From Marsupella aquatica (taxonomy: Eukaryota > Plantae > Marchantiophyta): DNA of 64,000 bases. Both the position numbers and the translations under genes were made by a program. Positions 23,161 to 35,131 of this stretch are shown here, in pieces. The DNA is taken from assembly GCA_973895155.1 (NCBI GenBank), contig OZ316892.1, forward strand, positions 30,743,702-30,807,701, given 5' to 3'. Each line of letters begins with the position of its first letter. Within the stretch, counting starts at the first letter, position 1. The notes beneath the pieces were generated by a model, which saw only the letters and a list, made by a program, of their open reading frames with translations, did not search any database and was not told the DNA's origin.

Positions 23161-26100
23161 CTACGACATGTCCTCATGCGCGGAATAGAAGTGATAGGGC
23201 TTTAATCTAAAGCCATTAATTCTAGTGTCTAAGGGGGATCCATCTAAAGTGGTTAAGGATACAGAACCATTAGGCCATATGTTCTCAATTCGATAAGGGC
23301 CGATCCAATGGGTATGTAATTTACCCGGAAAAAGCATGTAGCGGGAATCAAAAACTAACACTAAATCATTATTAGCTAGCTTAACCTGTTTAAGCTTTTT
23401 ATCATAAGAGTGTTTCCGGTTTGCTTGGACTACAGCAGTATGTTCTAAGGCTAAAAGTCTATTTTCTTCTAATTTCATAATATCAACAAACCGACTCTCG
23501 ATACTTGCTTCAAGGGTGAATCTCTCAGGAATAAGTAAGCGCTCAGTAGGAATGGAAAACTCAATAGGGATAATACTATCAACCCCATAAGTTAAATAAA
23601 ATGGGGTTCTAATTAAGGGTGGTAATCTTTTCAGCAGTACGGTAAGCCCAAAGCGCAGAGTGCAATTTTACATCCCAGTCAGTCTTGTGAGATTCCACCA
23701 TCTTATTCAGAATCTTGCCCATAATGCCATTAGCTCTCTCCGTTAAGCCATTAGCTCGGGGGTTGTAAGGAGTAGTTTTGCGATGCTTGATAAGATATAT
23801 GTCAGTAATTAACTCAATAGTTGAGTTAAGAAAATGTAGACCCCTATCGCTGACCAACTCCAAAGGACACCCGAACCGAGTAATAATATGCTCAAAGAGA
23901 AAAGCAGCCGCTGTTGTAGCATCATTCTTGCGAGTGGCTTTAGCCTCCACCCATTTGGTGGCATAATCAGTGGCCAGAATAATGTATTTGCTACGACTTT
24001 TCTTAGCGGCTGGTGAAATTGGGCCTACAAAATCAATACCCCATTTCTCAAAGGGGGCCAAAGGAAGGATGGGAGTGAGTGGCCATTTAGAAGATGCAGT
24101 GGGTTTGCCTACTCGTTGGCATGGATCACAGGTTTTAATAAAATTGTAGGTGTCCTTGTGCATTGTGGGCCACCAATATCCGGCATCTTGAATTTTCTTA
24201 ACAGTGGTGGTAACTGCATAGTGTCCGCCTGTCTCACCAGAATGTAAGGCTGCAATTACCTGTGGAATTTCTCTCATCTCAAGGCAACGCCGTAACCTTT
24301 GATCAGGGCCTTGCTTAAATAAGGTGCCTTTGATAATTGTATAAGGACCTACCTTATGTGCAAAAACAGCCTTCTCCTCTGCATTAAGTCCTTCTGGAAA
24401 GACCCCATACAGCAACATCTTCACAATATCAAAATATTTTGAGGACTCGCCTTCAATGTGCCAAAGGTGCTCATCCGGAAAGTCGTCAGACAGGTTGTGG
24501 TCATTCTCTGTACCTGGAAGTCTAGACAAGAAGTCGGCATTCTCATGGTGTTTCCCTGGACGGACTTGCACCTCGTAATCAAATTCCTGAAGCAGGAGGA
24601 CCCATCTAGCCACCCTCCCCGACAGGTCAACTTGATTAACCAGGTATTTCAAAGAATGATGGTCCGTGTGAAAGATGATCTGATATCCAAGAAGATAATG
24701 ACGAAACTTTTTGCAGGCAAAAACAATGGCTAAGGCTTCTCTTTCGGTAACTGTATAGTTTTTCTCAGCAGCACTCATCTGCCTACTGGCATAATAAATG
24801 GGATGATCCCTATTGTCGTCATCCTTTTGACTCAAGTTAGCTCCGATGCAGAAGGCAGATGAGTCAATGAAAACATGAAACTTCCTACTCCAATCTGGTG
24901 GGGAGAGAATGGGCGCAGTCACAAGGCGGTCCTTTAGTGTTTGAAAAGCTTGCTGTCTTTCTTCATTCCAAACATAAGGTTCATTTTGTTTGAGCAATTT
25001 GGTCAGAGGCATAGCAATATCAGCATGTTTATGAATGAATCTGCGATAATACCCGACATGCCCTAAGAAGGCACGGAGTTGCTTCAAATCCGTCGGAGGT
25101 TGAAGTTCCACGATCACCCGGACCTTTTCTTTGTCCACCTCTATGCCACGCTGAGAAATGACATGGCCGAGCAAGATACCTTCCTGCATTCCGATGAAGC
25201 ACTTCTCGGGGTGTAAGCACAATTGAGCTTCCCGACACTTCTGGAAAGTCTTATCGAGGTGCATTAAATGGTCAGCCGCCGATCCATACACACAGAAATC
25301 ATCGATGAAGATCTCCATGAAGTGCCGAAGGTACTCCTGAAAAATAATCATCATGATACGCTGAAAAGTGCCTGGGGCATTACACAACCCAAATGGCATC
25401 ATTGCATACGCATATGTACCCCAATCTGTTGTGAACGTGGTCTTGTCCCGATCCTCCTTTCGAATGGAAACCTGGTTGTACCCAGAGTATCCGTCCAGAA
25501 AAGTATACAACTCATGCAATGCGACCTGATCAAGCACTAGATCTATGAAGGGTAAGGGATAATGGTCCTTCCTGGTGGCTGCATTCAATTTCCGATAGTC
25601 CTAACACACGCGGATTTTTGTCTTTCCATCAGGTCCCGCCTTCTTGGGTACAATGACAATGGGGGATACCCATTCACTACTCAAGACGGGGTAGATGAAA
25701 CCAGCAGCAGTCAACTTATCCAGCTCCTCCTTCACAAGGACAGAGTACTTGGGGTTCAAACGGTACTGCCTTTGACGGACTGGCACTGCCCCTTCCATCA
25801 AGTCTATCCGATGCTCTCCCAGATGAGGGTGGATGCCCTTCAAATCTGAATGACTCCATGCAAAAACATCCTTGTACTGGGTCAACAACTTAATGTACAA
25901 GTCCCGCAACTCACCCTGGATATGCTTTCCTATATTAAGGAACTTGCCAGGTTCAATCTCAACTTTTTGACAAGCCTTAGGGTCCACTATACCATCCGTT
26001 AGGCCTGCTGGCCTAAGCTCCAAATCACCAACATCAGACTCACTGATTTCCGGAGAGGGAGGGTGTTTTCCATTACCGGAGGATACGCCATGCATTTGCT

Positions 26101-26173
26101 GATCTGAGAATTGTTTCCCTGTATCATGGCCGACTCCTTGTAAGTTTGCTTTCTCCCCTTCCGGTGGAAATTG
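23161..26173 (-). pseudogene. pol: Gypsy pol: RT, RNase H and integrase, with an in-frame TAG at 25601 and a frameshift near 23610
   Basis: SEWVSPIVIVPKK, FLDGYSGYNQ, MPFGLCNAP, FIDDF, DSSAFCIGA, TDHHSL, H...GH...CDPC, WGIDFVGP, SDRG, NGLTER and W-x-GPY motifs. Confidence 0.95.
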
Positions 26174-29100
26174 TCAAAAAGGGTCCTCAGAAGCTAATCC
26201 AGTCTCCACAACTGGATCAGATAGGTAAACCTCCAAATAGCGTACCTCCTCCAACTCAAACTCCAATGGCTCCAGAATCAGGTTGGAATCCGAAAAGTCT
26301 GACGTATACCCGTCGTCAGTTTGCGTCTCGCCCTTATGATCCTCAGTAGCCCAACTCACCACCACCTTGGGTTTACCAAAAGACATCTCTTGAGCTTTCC
26401 AATTTACCTGCACTTGGGCTTTATACAACCAGGGGCGGCCTAACAAGACTGGAAAGCTGGAAGGTACCTCTGGACTTATTATCACATATTCAAAAGTAAA
26501 TGGAACACCAGCAATCAGAGTATCTACCTTACTTAATTTTCCCGCGGGAACAACTCGAGATTGGTCCGCCATGCGCAGGATCTTGGGTGTTGGTTCAAAC
26601 TTAGTAAATCCAAGATTAAATGCAGTTTGCTGAGTCATGAGGTTGACGCTGGAACCACCATCCACTGGTACTCTCCTCACAACACATCCTTGAATTTGTA
26701 CGTCCAGCTCTGGTGGTCCCTTATCCTCCCATTCCAAACGTAATACATCCACCTCTGGCAACTTACGCCGCCTTCGCTTTCCTGCCAACAATCCTCTCAA
26801 TTGGCGTCTATAAACCGGGTTGTCTTGCAACAACTCACCAATGGTGATATGAGCAAGATGGCCCTTCACGTCTTCTACAATATCATATCCCTGTTGCTTT
26901 AACACAGGTCGTTCGGGCTCCTTCACCACTGACTTCTGAATTGAATGCGAGGTGTGATCTTTAACTAGTTCCTCTAATTGAGCTTTTACTTCTGAAGAAA
27001 TGTCAGGTAAAAAATATTTGGGATCATAGCGATCATAAGCTGGGTCCTGATCCTTGGGTAGGCCTTCCTCAAATGGAGCTCGTTCCTTCGGCTTAGGTCC
27101 CTTCTTTTGGTGCTTCGCTACTGCTCGTTTCTCCTCTTTCCGCTTGGAACGAGTAGTTGCATAGGTATCCGTTAGAACTTTATCCCGATCCTGAACTCGA
27201 GCATTAGGCATGCCCACCACCCCTGGCTTCACCAAGTGATCCACTAACACATCAGGAACAATTCCGGCCAGTGGTTGAGCAAACGTGGAGTGGCCTGTCA
27301 CTTCCACTCTGTTCACATCCCCATGGTGGATCATTCCACAATGCTCAACCTCTTCAGAGTACACCATCCTCACTTTAGCCTCTGGTCTGATTGTCTCCTT
27401 GACAGGCTCTTGAGCAAAGCGAACCATCATTTTTGTTTTAGGCGGATTTGGACATTCCACAGGCAAGTGCCCTTCCTTGCCACAATTTCCACATATAGGG
27501 GTGTATCCCTCTTCTCTCTTCGGATACGGACATTGCGGTGAGTAGTGGTCCGGCTGACCGCAATTCCAACAGGATCCTTTCTGCCGTGGAGCTCCTCTAG
27601 GGGGGTATCCTCCTGGAGGTCCCATAGGCGGCCTGGGAACAGGTCTGTTGAAGGCAGGTTTTGGCGGTACCCAATTATTCATTGGTGGAGGGGCAGGTGG
27701 GAAATACTGACCTCCTGGTGTTGCCTGAACTGCATATGCCGGCTCGTATTCATAATCTTCTACCTCCTCCGGTCCTTCCAAGTAATTTACTGCCATACGC
27801 CAATTTGGGCACTCCGTCGGATAGTGCCCTTGCTGATTACAATGGGTACACCACACGTTTGTCCTCATGGTTGGTGGTAATCTTCGCACAGGTTTCACCG
27901 TAGCAATATGTACATTCAGCTTAGATAGCTTCCCGGTTATTTCCTCCATCATGCGATCCATTTTTTTCTGAGTAGAAGTCTTAGGCTCTACCTTCGAGGT
28001 TGACTTCTTCTTCTTGGAGGCGGACTGTTCCGAATCTGAACTAGAACTAGAGCTAGCGCTCGCACTAGTGCTTGAATCCGTACTCTCATCGTCTTCACTA
28101 CTGCTGCTGTCACTATCGTCCTTCTCCGAATCAGATTTAGACTTTGATTTTTTCTTCTTTTTCCTCTTATCTTTCTTCAAGTCTTTCCTCACTCGCTTTT
28201 TCTCAGAAATTTCAGAATCCACATACTTCTGCGCTGATTCCTGAACTTCCTCCAAAGTAGTACCACCTTCACGCCTGACATATCGAGCAATTCGTGACGG
28301 CAATCCGTTGATAAACCAATCCTTCACAGTAGACTTAGATGTGGCTGGATTATATTGGTCCACCAAATCCAACAGTTTATCCGCATATTTCCTCACAGAC
28401 CCATGTTTCTTCATGTGTAAATGAGAGATCCTAGCAAAAGCTCGAGCGGCAGACCCCTCCTCTTTGTACTTAGCCAAGAAGGCAGCCTTCAACTTACCCC
28501 AGTCATGTTTATCTGGAAAGCGATCATACCACTTTTGAGCTCTCTTCTTCATCAGTCCACCAAATAAATTAGCCTTTTCCGCATCTTGGCTTTGTCCATT
28601 TGAAGCTGCAGCAGCTTCAAATTCCTTCAAATAGACTTCTGCATCCTCTTTAGATGATCCAAAGAATCTATCATATCTCACATTGTTACGAGCCATTATA
28701 GTAGGACTTAGATTAGGGATGGGCAAGGCAGATCGGATGGCAAACGGATTAGTCCAAGTTTGAGGACTTAATACAATAGAACTACTAGATTCTGAACTAC
28801 TGCCGGAGCTCTTCTCGCCTGAAGACGACCCTTCTGATGAATTAAATGCTGTGAAGCCTTCAAGTTCTTCTAGAGTTGGATTCTGTTGTAAAATCCCTTC
28901 GACATCTGATGGTTTCCTTGAATGCTGTGGTGGACCAATCAACTTGGGTCCGGATCGCAAATTCACATATAAGGGTCTACTGGGTGCAGGATTTTCCAGA
29001 GTCCCTTGGGTTACCCTAGTCTGAATGGAGGTTACCTTCCTTGTCACACTTCCCGGTAAAGGGAATTCTGATGCTTGAAACTCAGACAGGAGGTCTCGAG

Positions 29101-29182
29101 GCTCCACTGCCTTGCTCGAGGATTCTGATTTATAAGAAGCTTTCCTCCATTTCTTTTTGATTTGGCGAGCTTCCTCCGACAT
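26174..29182 (-). CDS. gag: Gypsy gag-protease polyprotein (1002 aa)
   Basis: Capsid-like region, three CCHC knuckles (CTHCNQQGHYPTEC, CWNCGQPDHYSPQC, CGNCGKEGHLPVEC) and a retropepsin motif VDGGSSVN...LLGRPWL. Confidence 0.93.
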   Translation of the reverse strand: MSEEARQIKKKWRKASYKSESSSKAVEPRDLLSEFQASEFPLPGSVTRKVTSIQTRVTQGTLENPAPSRPLYVNLRSGPKLIGPPQHSRKPSDVEGILQQNPTLEELEGFTAFNSSEGSSSGEKSSGSSSESSSSIVLSPQTWTNPFAIRSALPIPNLSPTIMARNNVRYDRFFGSSKEDAEVYLKEFEAAAASNGQSQDAEKANLFGGLMKKRAQKWYDRFPDKHDWGKLKAAFLAKYKEEGSAARAFARISHLHMKKHGSVRKYADKLLDLVDQYNPATSKSTVKDWFINGLPSRIARYVRREGGTTLEEVQESAQKYVDSEISEKKRVRKDLKKDKRKKKKKSKSKSDSEKDDSDSSSSEDDESTDSSTSASASSSSSSDSEQSASKKKKSTSKVEPKTSTQKKMDRMMEEITGKLSKLNVHIATVKPVRRLPPTMRTNVWCTHCNQQGHYPTECPNWRMAVNYLEGPEEVEDYEYEPAYAVQATPGGQYFPPAPPPMNNWVPPKPAFNRPVPRPPMGPPGGYPPRGAPRQKGSCWNCGQPDHYSPQCPYPKREEGYTPICGNCGKEGHLPVECPNPPKTKMMVRFAQEPVKETIRPEAKVRMVYSEEVEHCGMIHHGDVNRVEVTGHSTFAQPLAGIVPDVLVDHLVKPGVVGMPNARVQDRDKVLTDTYATTRSKRKEEKRAVAKHQKKGPKPKERAPFEEGLPKDQDPAYDRYDPKYFLPDISSEVKAQLEELVKDHTSHSIQKSVVKEPERPVLKQQGYDIVEDVKGHLAHITIGELLQDNPVYRRQLRGLLAGKRRRRKLPEVDVLRLEWEDKGPPELDVQIQGCVVRRVPVDGGSSVNLMTQQTAFNLGFTKFEPTPKILRMADQSRVVPAGKLSKVDTLIAGVPFTFEYVIISPEVPSSFPVLLGRPWLYKAQVQVNWKAQEMSFGKPKVVVSWATEDHKGETQTDDGYTSDFSDSNLILEPLEFELEEVRYLEVYLSDPVVETGLASEDPF

Positions 29183-29236
29183 ACCTCATTCTTAGCAATA
29201 GTAAAACTTCTCTCCCCAGTTAATTGTCTTGCTACA

Positions 29237-29590
29237 TTACTGAATCCAGGTCGTACTCAGAAGTATTGAAGGAAGATGTGATTCATGAGGCCCCATTATG
29301 AAGAAATCCAGGTGGTACAGGCGATCACCAATTTGAATAGGTACTACCCTCATCTCCCCCACAGGTTTAATCAATTGGCCATTGATCCAGAACTGTGTGT
29401 AAGTTGGTAAAATTGGTATGAGAGCCAGATTCTGAGCCAAACGAATAGAAAGCAAATTAATTCGAGAGCCCCTGTCTATTGAAACTTCCTTAATCAGGTA
29501 TCCCGCCAATCTCACCTGAGATTCAAAAGAACTTTGGATGGCTCTTGTGAACACATTGGAGGGATGCATGGTAGCTTTGATTACAAGCAT
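29237..29590 (-). CDS. Stand-alone retropepsin-like (aspartic protease fold) ORF upstream of gag
   Basis: EVSIDRGSRINLLS...KPVGEMRVVPIQIG...LDFFIM...SILLSTTWI parallels this element's own protease RVPVDGGSSVNLMT...VPAGKLSKVDTLIAG...FEYVII...VLLGRPWL. Confidence 0.65.
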   Translation of the reverse strand: MLVIKATMHPSNVFTRAIQSSFESQVRLAGYLIKEVSIDRGSRINLLSIRLAQNLALIPILPTYTQFWINGQLIKPVGEMRVVPIQIGDRLYHLDFFIMGPHESHLPSILLSTTWIQ

Positions 29591-30523
29591 CTTTCAATGC
29601 CACTCAAATTTTGAGAAAACACCCACTACAGATGGAAGCGGTCACCTTGGCTTTTCCCAAGGGGCATGCCTCTTGCACCTTGTGTCGAGGGATTCGAACA
29701 GGTATGTCCATTCAACTCTTGGGAATCCAAAGTGTCTGGAAACCCATTCAATGCCTTGGAGATCTTCTCCTGACCCCTCTTCATATCCTTCTTTGGCTAG
29801 GTTTACCGCAGCACTTCCTATCTCATCCCCCTATTGGGCCCCATTTCACCTTGAAGCATTGTACTAGCCAATTCCGAAATAGAAATTACAGTATATCTCT
29901 CCTGAGTAATCCTACCATTTAATCTCAGCATTACCAAATGCAAATTCAAACCTTCCCACCATATTATGGACAGCCAATGAACTCCCCTTCTACCCCTCAC
30001 ACTTAACACCCATGTTTGCACATATTGATTATGCAAATTCCTAACTCGTAGGGAGCCTAATGATCTAATGGGTGGGGGCATTCTTCAAGAATCCTCCACC
30101 CCTAAGGTTGGCTTACAGCCTAAGTATCTCAATAATTTTTAGCATTGGCTCTAACACTTATCCTAAACAAATTGATCTCTTCAATAAAAAGGGTAAAACT
30201 CTTTCCAAACTTCACCTATAATCCACTGATTATCTTAATCTCGATTCCTACACACAGAAATCTCTTTCTTCACATGGAAATCAAGCACCCTTGAGGCTAT
30301 CCTTTTTGGCCTTAATTTCCTTCCTTCTCCTTCTCCTATTAAGGAGGGCTTCCTCCCTCATCATCTCCCGGAAAGCTTCCGGGGCATTTGCTAGGGTGAA
30401 GGGTCGAACCTCCAGCACCTGAATTGGCCATTGTCCTGAATCTTCCATTAAGTAACTCCTTCTGACCAATTCAACCTCCTCGGTTGGCATTCACTGCCTT
30501 GATATCAATCCATTCCATACTGT

Positions 30524-30541
30524 TCCCCGGCAGCGGCGCCA
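30524..30541 (-). promoter_or_regulatory. Primer-binding site, tRNA-Asp type
   Basis: Minus strand TGGCGCCGCTGCCGGGGA, 9 nt after the 5' LTR end. Confidence 0.9.
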
Positions 30542-30550
30542 AAAATCATA

Positions 30551-32268
30551 TGTCGTATAGCCAAAAGAACAAAAAGGAACACTTTTTACATAAAGACTCG
30601 GAATACGATCCCTTTAAGAACAGATTTGGAAAGAATTGAATGAATTTATCTCTCTGAGTAATCTAAAGCTCTCAGCACATAGATTTCTTGTTTCTCACTA
30701 AAAGATCAAATAAACAAAACACCAAAGTAAATAAACTTCTGTCTTATGAGTCAAGAGAGAGTCAATTATGGTCTGAAAACTCTGATTAGCTATTGCCACT
30801 CCTTCAAAAAGGACTATGGTCTTAGAATAGACATAAAACAAGTCTCATAACTCACTAATTTCTCTCCTGACTAAATAAAATTGCATGATAAGGAATTTCC
30901 AATTTGCTAAACAAGTATTGCTCTGGTTACAAATGTAATGATATGACTTAAGATGCCGGCAACATGGTTTGACATCAGCGATACGCAATTCCGTCAAACA
31001 CTAAATCATATTCCATAAACAAAGTAACGGTACTGAATACTCTGAGAACCAAACTTTACTTCTCACATATCAAACAACAACTCTTGAATTAGCTAGCGAA
31101 TCTTGACCCTTCAAGCAAGCCTAGCAGTGAATTCAATGTAAGTCACAGAAGTTTGTAACTGAATTCAAGTATCAAGAAATTTCTTGAATTCATAAATTCA
31201 AACATAAGTTTTACTTCCATACAAGACTTTTCTTGTTAAAATGGAAGGAGGGAAACTAACAGAAGTCTGATTGGAATTGTCCCCCCCTTCTTCCGAATGG
31301 AAAAACCATGAGGTTTTATAAGTAAAGGTTCCCTTAACTGAAAAGGCATGACTTTTCAAACCTCAAATATCTAAAAGACAATCCTAAAAGAAATAAAGAA
31401 ATGCATTGGAGACTTAGTGGACGCTTTGTAGAGCGTCGGTGCTTTCCGGTAAAACTAATAAACAATGGTGTTAATCTAATTTTAACTTCTAAACTAAAAG
31501 TCGGAATGAGCTGAGACTTTTCTAGAGTACTCTACTACATATAATCTCTATGCTGGTAAAGTTTCAGACTTTTCTGAGGTCTCTAAGTGCCTCAAATAAA
31601 TCGGTGAAAGTGGCACGGTGTTATAAAAGTATGGAAATCAGAAATATTTCTAAGTGTCGGGAAGATAGTGGACGCTTCAGAAAGCGTCCAAAACTACAAA
31701 GGACTTTTATGGACGCTTCAGAAAGCGTCGGCTGAATTTTGAGGTTTGGTCGCGGCGTCCGTCTTCCGGCCTTCAGGTGGGACGCTTCAGAAAGCGGCGA
31801 AGTCTGTCTTGGCGGACGCTTCAGAAAGCGTCGATTCTGCTTTGTCTTCTAACACGGTCGGACGCTTCACAAGGCGTCACTTCTCATGTGGACGCTTCAG
31901 AAAGCGTCTCATCGGACTTTGGGGTTAGCGGACACTTCAGAAAGCGTCTTAAAGCGTCCGGTGTCTGGTTCGAATAGACGTTTCACGAAGCGTCTTCTAT
32001 TCCGTGGTATCGGTGAAGGACGGCTCAAAAAGCGTCGTGGTTAAGGGGGTCGCATCTGGTTGGCAGCAACCGTGGACGCCTCAGCTGTCTTGAGGTTTAT
32101 TGGCTTTGTAACTGGGGACGCTTCAGAAAGCGTCCTTAGTTAGACTAAGTGAGTTAACCGCCAAATGGAAAGTAGACGCTTCAGAAAGCGTCGTTTTTGC
32201 TCAAAAAGTTTGAAACGATTCAGATTTTTCTCTTATGGTCGTGTTTCAGCAAAAGTCTCCTTTCCACA
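30551..32268 (-). repeat. Gypsy 5' LTR (1718 bp)
   Basis: Direct repeat of 18582-20299. Confidence 0.97.
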
Positions 32269-33534
32269 ACCATGAAACATCTGAAATCTTACAGATCCAA
32301 GTCCAACAACTTGACATGGGATTCCATTTCCCATCAACACTGACCCGTTGGAAACCGTGTAAGAACTGAAACAATCTCTCCTAGAGCAAATGTGAAAAGT
32401 ACATGCACTATCTAGAATCCAGTCATCACTACCTGGATTTGACACTACGTTGAGAGCATAACCTTGACATCACAATATGTCATCATCATCGAGTAAATCT
32501 ACCTCATGCAAGCTCGATGCCGCATTAGCAGAGGCAGTAGGGACCTTTACTCGACAATCCCTTTTCATATGGCCAGGCTTGCCACAATTCCAACATGCAA
32601 GAGGCTTCCTCTCTTGCGATTTCCCTCTGGTTTTAGATCTCCCCCGTGATGTAGATCTAAACCTGTTCTGCCCATTCGTGCGCTGCGCTGCTCTTCCCCT
32701 GTTCACATTCAGCGCAGTGCCAGAAGAAGATGCTGTCTGTGATAGACCCAGCTTCTTCTGAGCATCATCAGACAGTAATGAGCTCACCACCTCATTATAC
32801 GAAATGGACTTCAAATCTCTGTACAAGAGCACCTGTTTCAAGCCCTGATAAGACGGCGGTAAGGAGCTTAGCAGAAGCAAGGCCTTATCCTCATCTTCAA
32901 CTCCTTTTCCCAGGTTTGATAGATCCACCGCTAGACTGTCAAATTCATCCAGGTGATCCTACATCTTGCTCCCTTCCTTGAGCCTAAGGCTCATCAAGAG
33001 AGACTTCTTGTACAGCCGGTCTGACGCATCTTCCCGGTAGTACTTCTCTCTTAGAGCCTTGAACAGTGATGTGCAATCCGCATAATCATCCAGCTGCTTG
33101 ATGATGTGCGGCTTGAGATATAGCATCACTGCATTGACAGCAATCACCTGCTCCCGTCTCCACTGTCTCAAAGAAATCTCCTCCTCTCCATCATACTGTT
33201 CTCGCGAAGAGAGCAGAGGAGCTAAGCCCATGGCCCGTAGAACACCCTTCACTTGCTTCTCCCATAGCAAGTAGTCAGTACGACCATCGTACTTCTCCAC
33301 TTCAAACTTTACTCCTCCAAATCTAGCCATCTCCCTCTTCTTCCCTACTACTGACAGCTCTGGTAGTAACACAGCTTCCTCCACTGCACGCCGCACCGGT
33401 GATCGTACCGGTGTCACTAGTTCTTCCTCAAACGGTAGCAGCTCCTCCTCAGACTCTCCGTCTGACCGTCGCGATCCTGAAGCTCCACCGACACCAATTC
33501 TTCCAGTATCCTCCGAGTCACTCATATGAAACAA
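32269..33534 (-). pseudogene. gag: Copia gag and protease (5' part of the polyprotein), with in-frame stops
   Basis: EVEKYDGRTDYLLW, LLLLSSLPPSY, CWNCGKPGHMKRDC and WILDSACTFH; stops at 32959 and 32470. Confidence 0.92.
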
Positions 33535-35117
33535 TCATGAAAAAACGTCTTTTTTCGAAACTTCTCATAAAACTCAAAACTCAACACCGCCGCGTAGCCC
33601 ACGAAGCTAGGAGTCCAATACTGAAAGCCAAAATCAAAATCAAAATTCGACGGAAAAGTTATTCAAATTTCGGTCGGGGTGGGTAAAACCTTGGGAAACT
33701 CCCCCGTTTTGATCACCTCGGAGAATAACCGAAATACCCAGTACAACCCGTCGTCGGAATCGCAATGTGATCGGTGCGCCGTGTTGCTAACTCCAATGGC
33801 AACGTCCTCACCGAAAAAGAACCAAAAAAGTTACCGTTCGGCGGACAGAATCTTTGTCGGACGGCCGAAAAACAGCTCTCTATTTTTTGGGAATATTCCC
33901 GCACAGTACAGCAGGTCTCACAGGGGGCAGTTCCCCCTGTCCAAGCGGTTAAAACGGAGGGCGGCAAGTCCCGGCACATGGGACAAACTAATGAGAGGGA
34001 AAAAAGGCTAAAAATGGGCACTAAAGGGGGTGCTTAAGCCCCTTAAAGCCTAAAATACCCCGTAAAGGGCCGGGGGTACGAAGGGCGTATGGCCGGCGTC
34101 GGGGCGGGATGAGGGTACAGCCGCGTACAAGCGGCGTAGAGCCGCAAAGGGCTGGGCATACGATGACAGGGCGGTGCCGCGGTAGCGACCGACACAGTAT
34201 GGCGGAGGGCGTACGAGCGCGCTAAAAGCTCCGACCGGTGTTGCGCAGCTCGTCGCCGCGGCTGAAGGATGAGGGGAAAACAAGGTGCGGGGGGGGGTCG
34301 GGCGTACAAGGGGAAACGATGGGGGACCATGGGCCGGGAGGGTGTGTATACACACCAAAAGTGGCCCTAACCTAAGCCAAGATTTGACTTTAAAACAAAA
34401 AAGCCGTTTACACACCTTGAACGCCGCTGTTTTAAGTGAGGAAAGTGAACGCCGCCGACGGGAAATGTTGCCGAATTGCACCGGCGCAGTCTACTGCTCC
34501 AGCAGAATAAAAATAAATTCCGTCGCGTCGCCTTCACTCCGCATCAAGTGCCAATCCTGGGCTCAAAACGACCGCCTCACCGCGATCAAACCGTTGAGCC
34601 GTAGCACTTCGCGTTTCTTCCACCGAGTCGGACGTCACGAAGAGAAACCCGGTTCAGATGAGAAAAAGCTCCATAGCTTGTGAAAAAACTTGAACGCCTC
34701 CGTCACTCGTCACGTCGCACTCGGTAACAACTCGGCAACAATCCAGCTACCAAAATGATCAGCTTTGCCCGATCTACGATTTGAGCTAAAGGTTGTGACG
34801 CCTCGCGCACCACAAAGCTCACACCGTCGAGAAAACGATCTCAGTTTCCCCCCCAAAAGAACCGTCGAAGAAAACCGTCGTACACGAATCACAAAAAATC
34901 CAGAATGATGGAAACGTGAATTCCTCCGCACCACGAACTCTGTTCAAAGATTTCTTTGCACCGTCGGAAAGCCCTTGCCCCGATCTATCCGTTGAGCCCA
35001 ACACCTCCAAGTTCCATGCGACAGAACTCCGTGAAATCCACCGACTCTAACCGCTGGAAAAACCGTCACCAACACATCACGAAAATTTTGATCACCTCAA
35101 CGTCACCTCCCAGGCTT

Positions 35118-35129
35118 GCTCTGATACCA
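35118..35129 (-). promoter_or_regulatory. Primer-binding site, initiator tRNA-Met
   Basis: Minus strand TGGTATCAGAGC, 2 nt from the LTR. Confidence 0.95.
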
Positions 35130-35131
35130 CT

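Larger units (their letters stand above)
18582..32268 (-). mobile_element. Full-length Ty3/gypsy (Athila/Tat-like) LTR retrotransposon nested in the copia pol
   Basis: Two 1718-bp TG...CA LTRs, TSD ACCAT (18577-18581, 32269-32273), tRNA-Asp PBS, PPT, gag-PR-RT-RH-IN order plus extra ORFs. Confidence 0.97.

Noticed and set aside
26174-26184. -1 ribosomal frameshift at C CCU UUU before the gag stop
   Set aside because: The downstream pol frame is the same as the gag frame, so a -1 shift would not reach it.
33535-35117. Many short ORFs in a GC-rich stretch
   Set aside because: This is the copia 5' UTR between the PBS and gag; the ORFs overlap on both strands with no recognisable domain.
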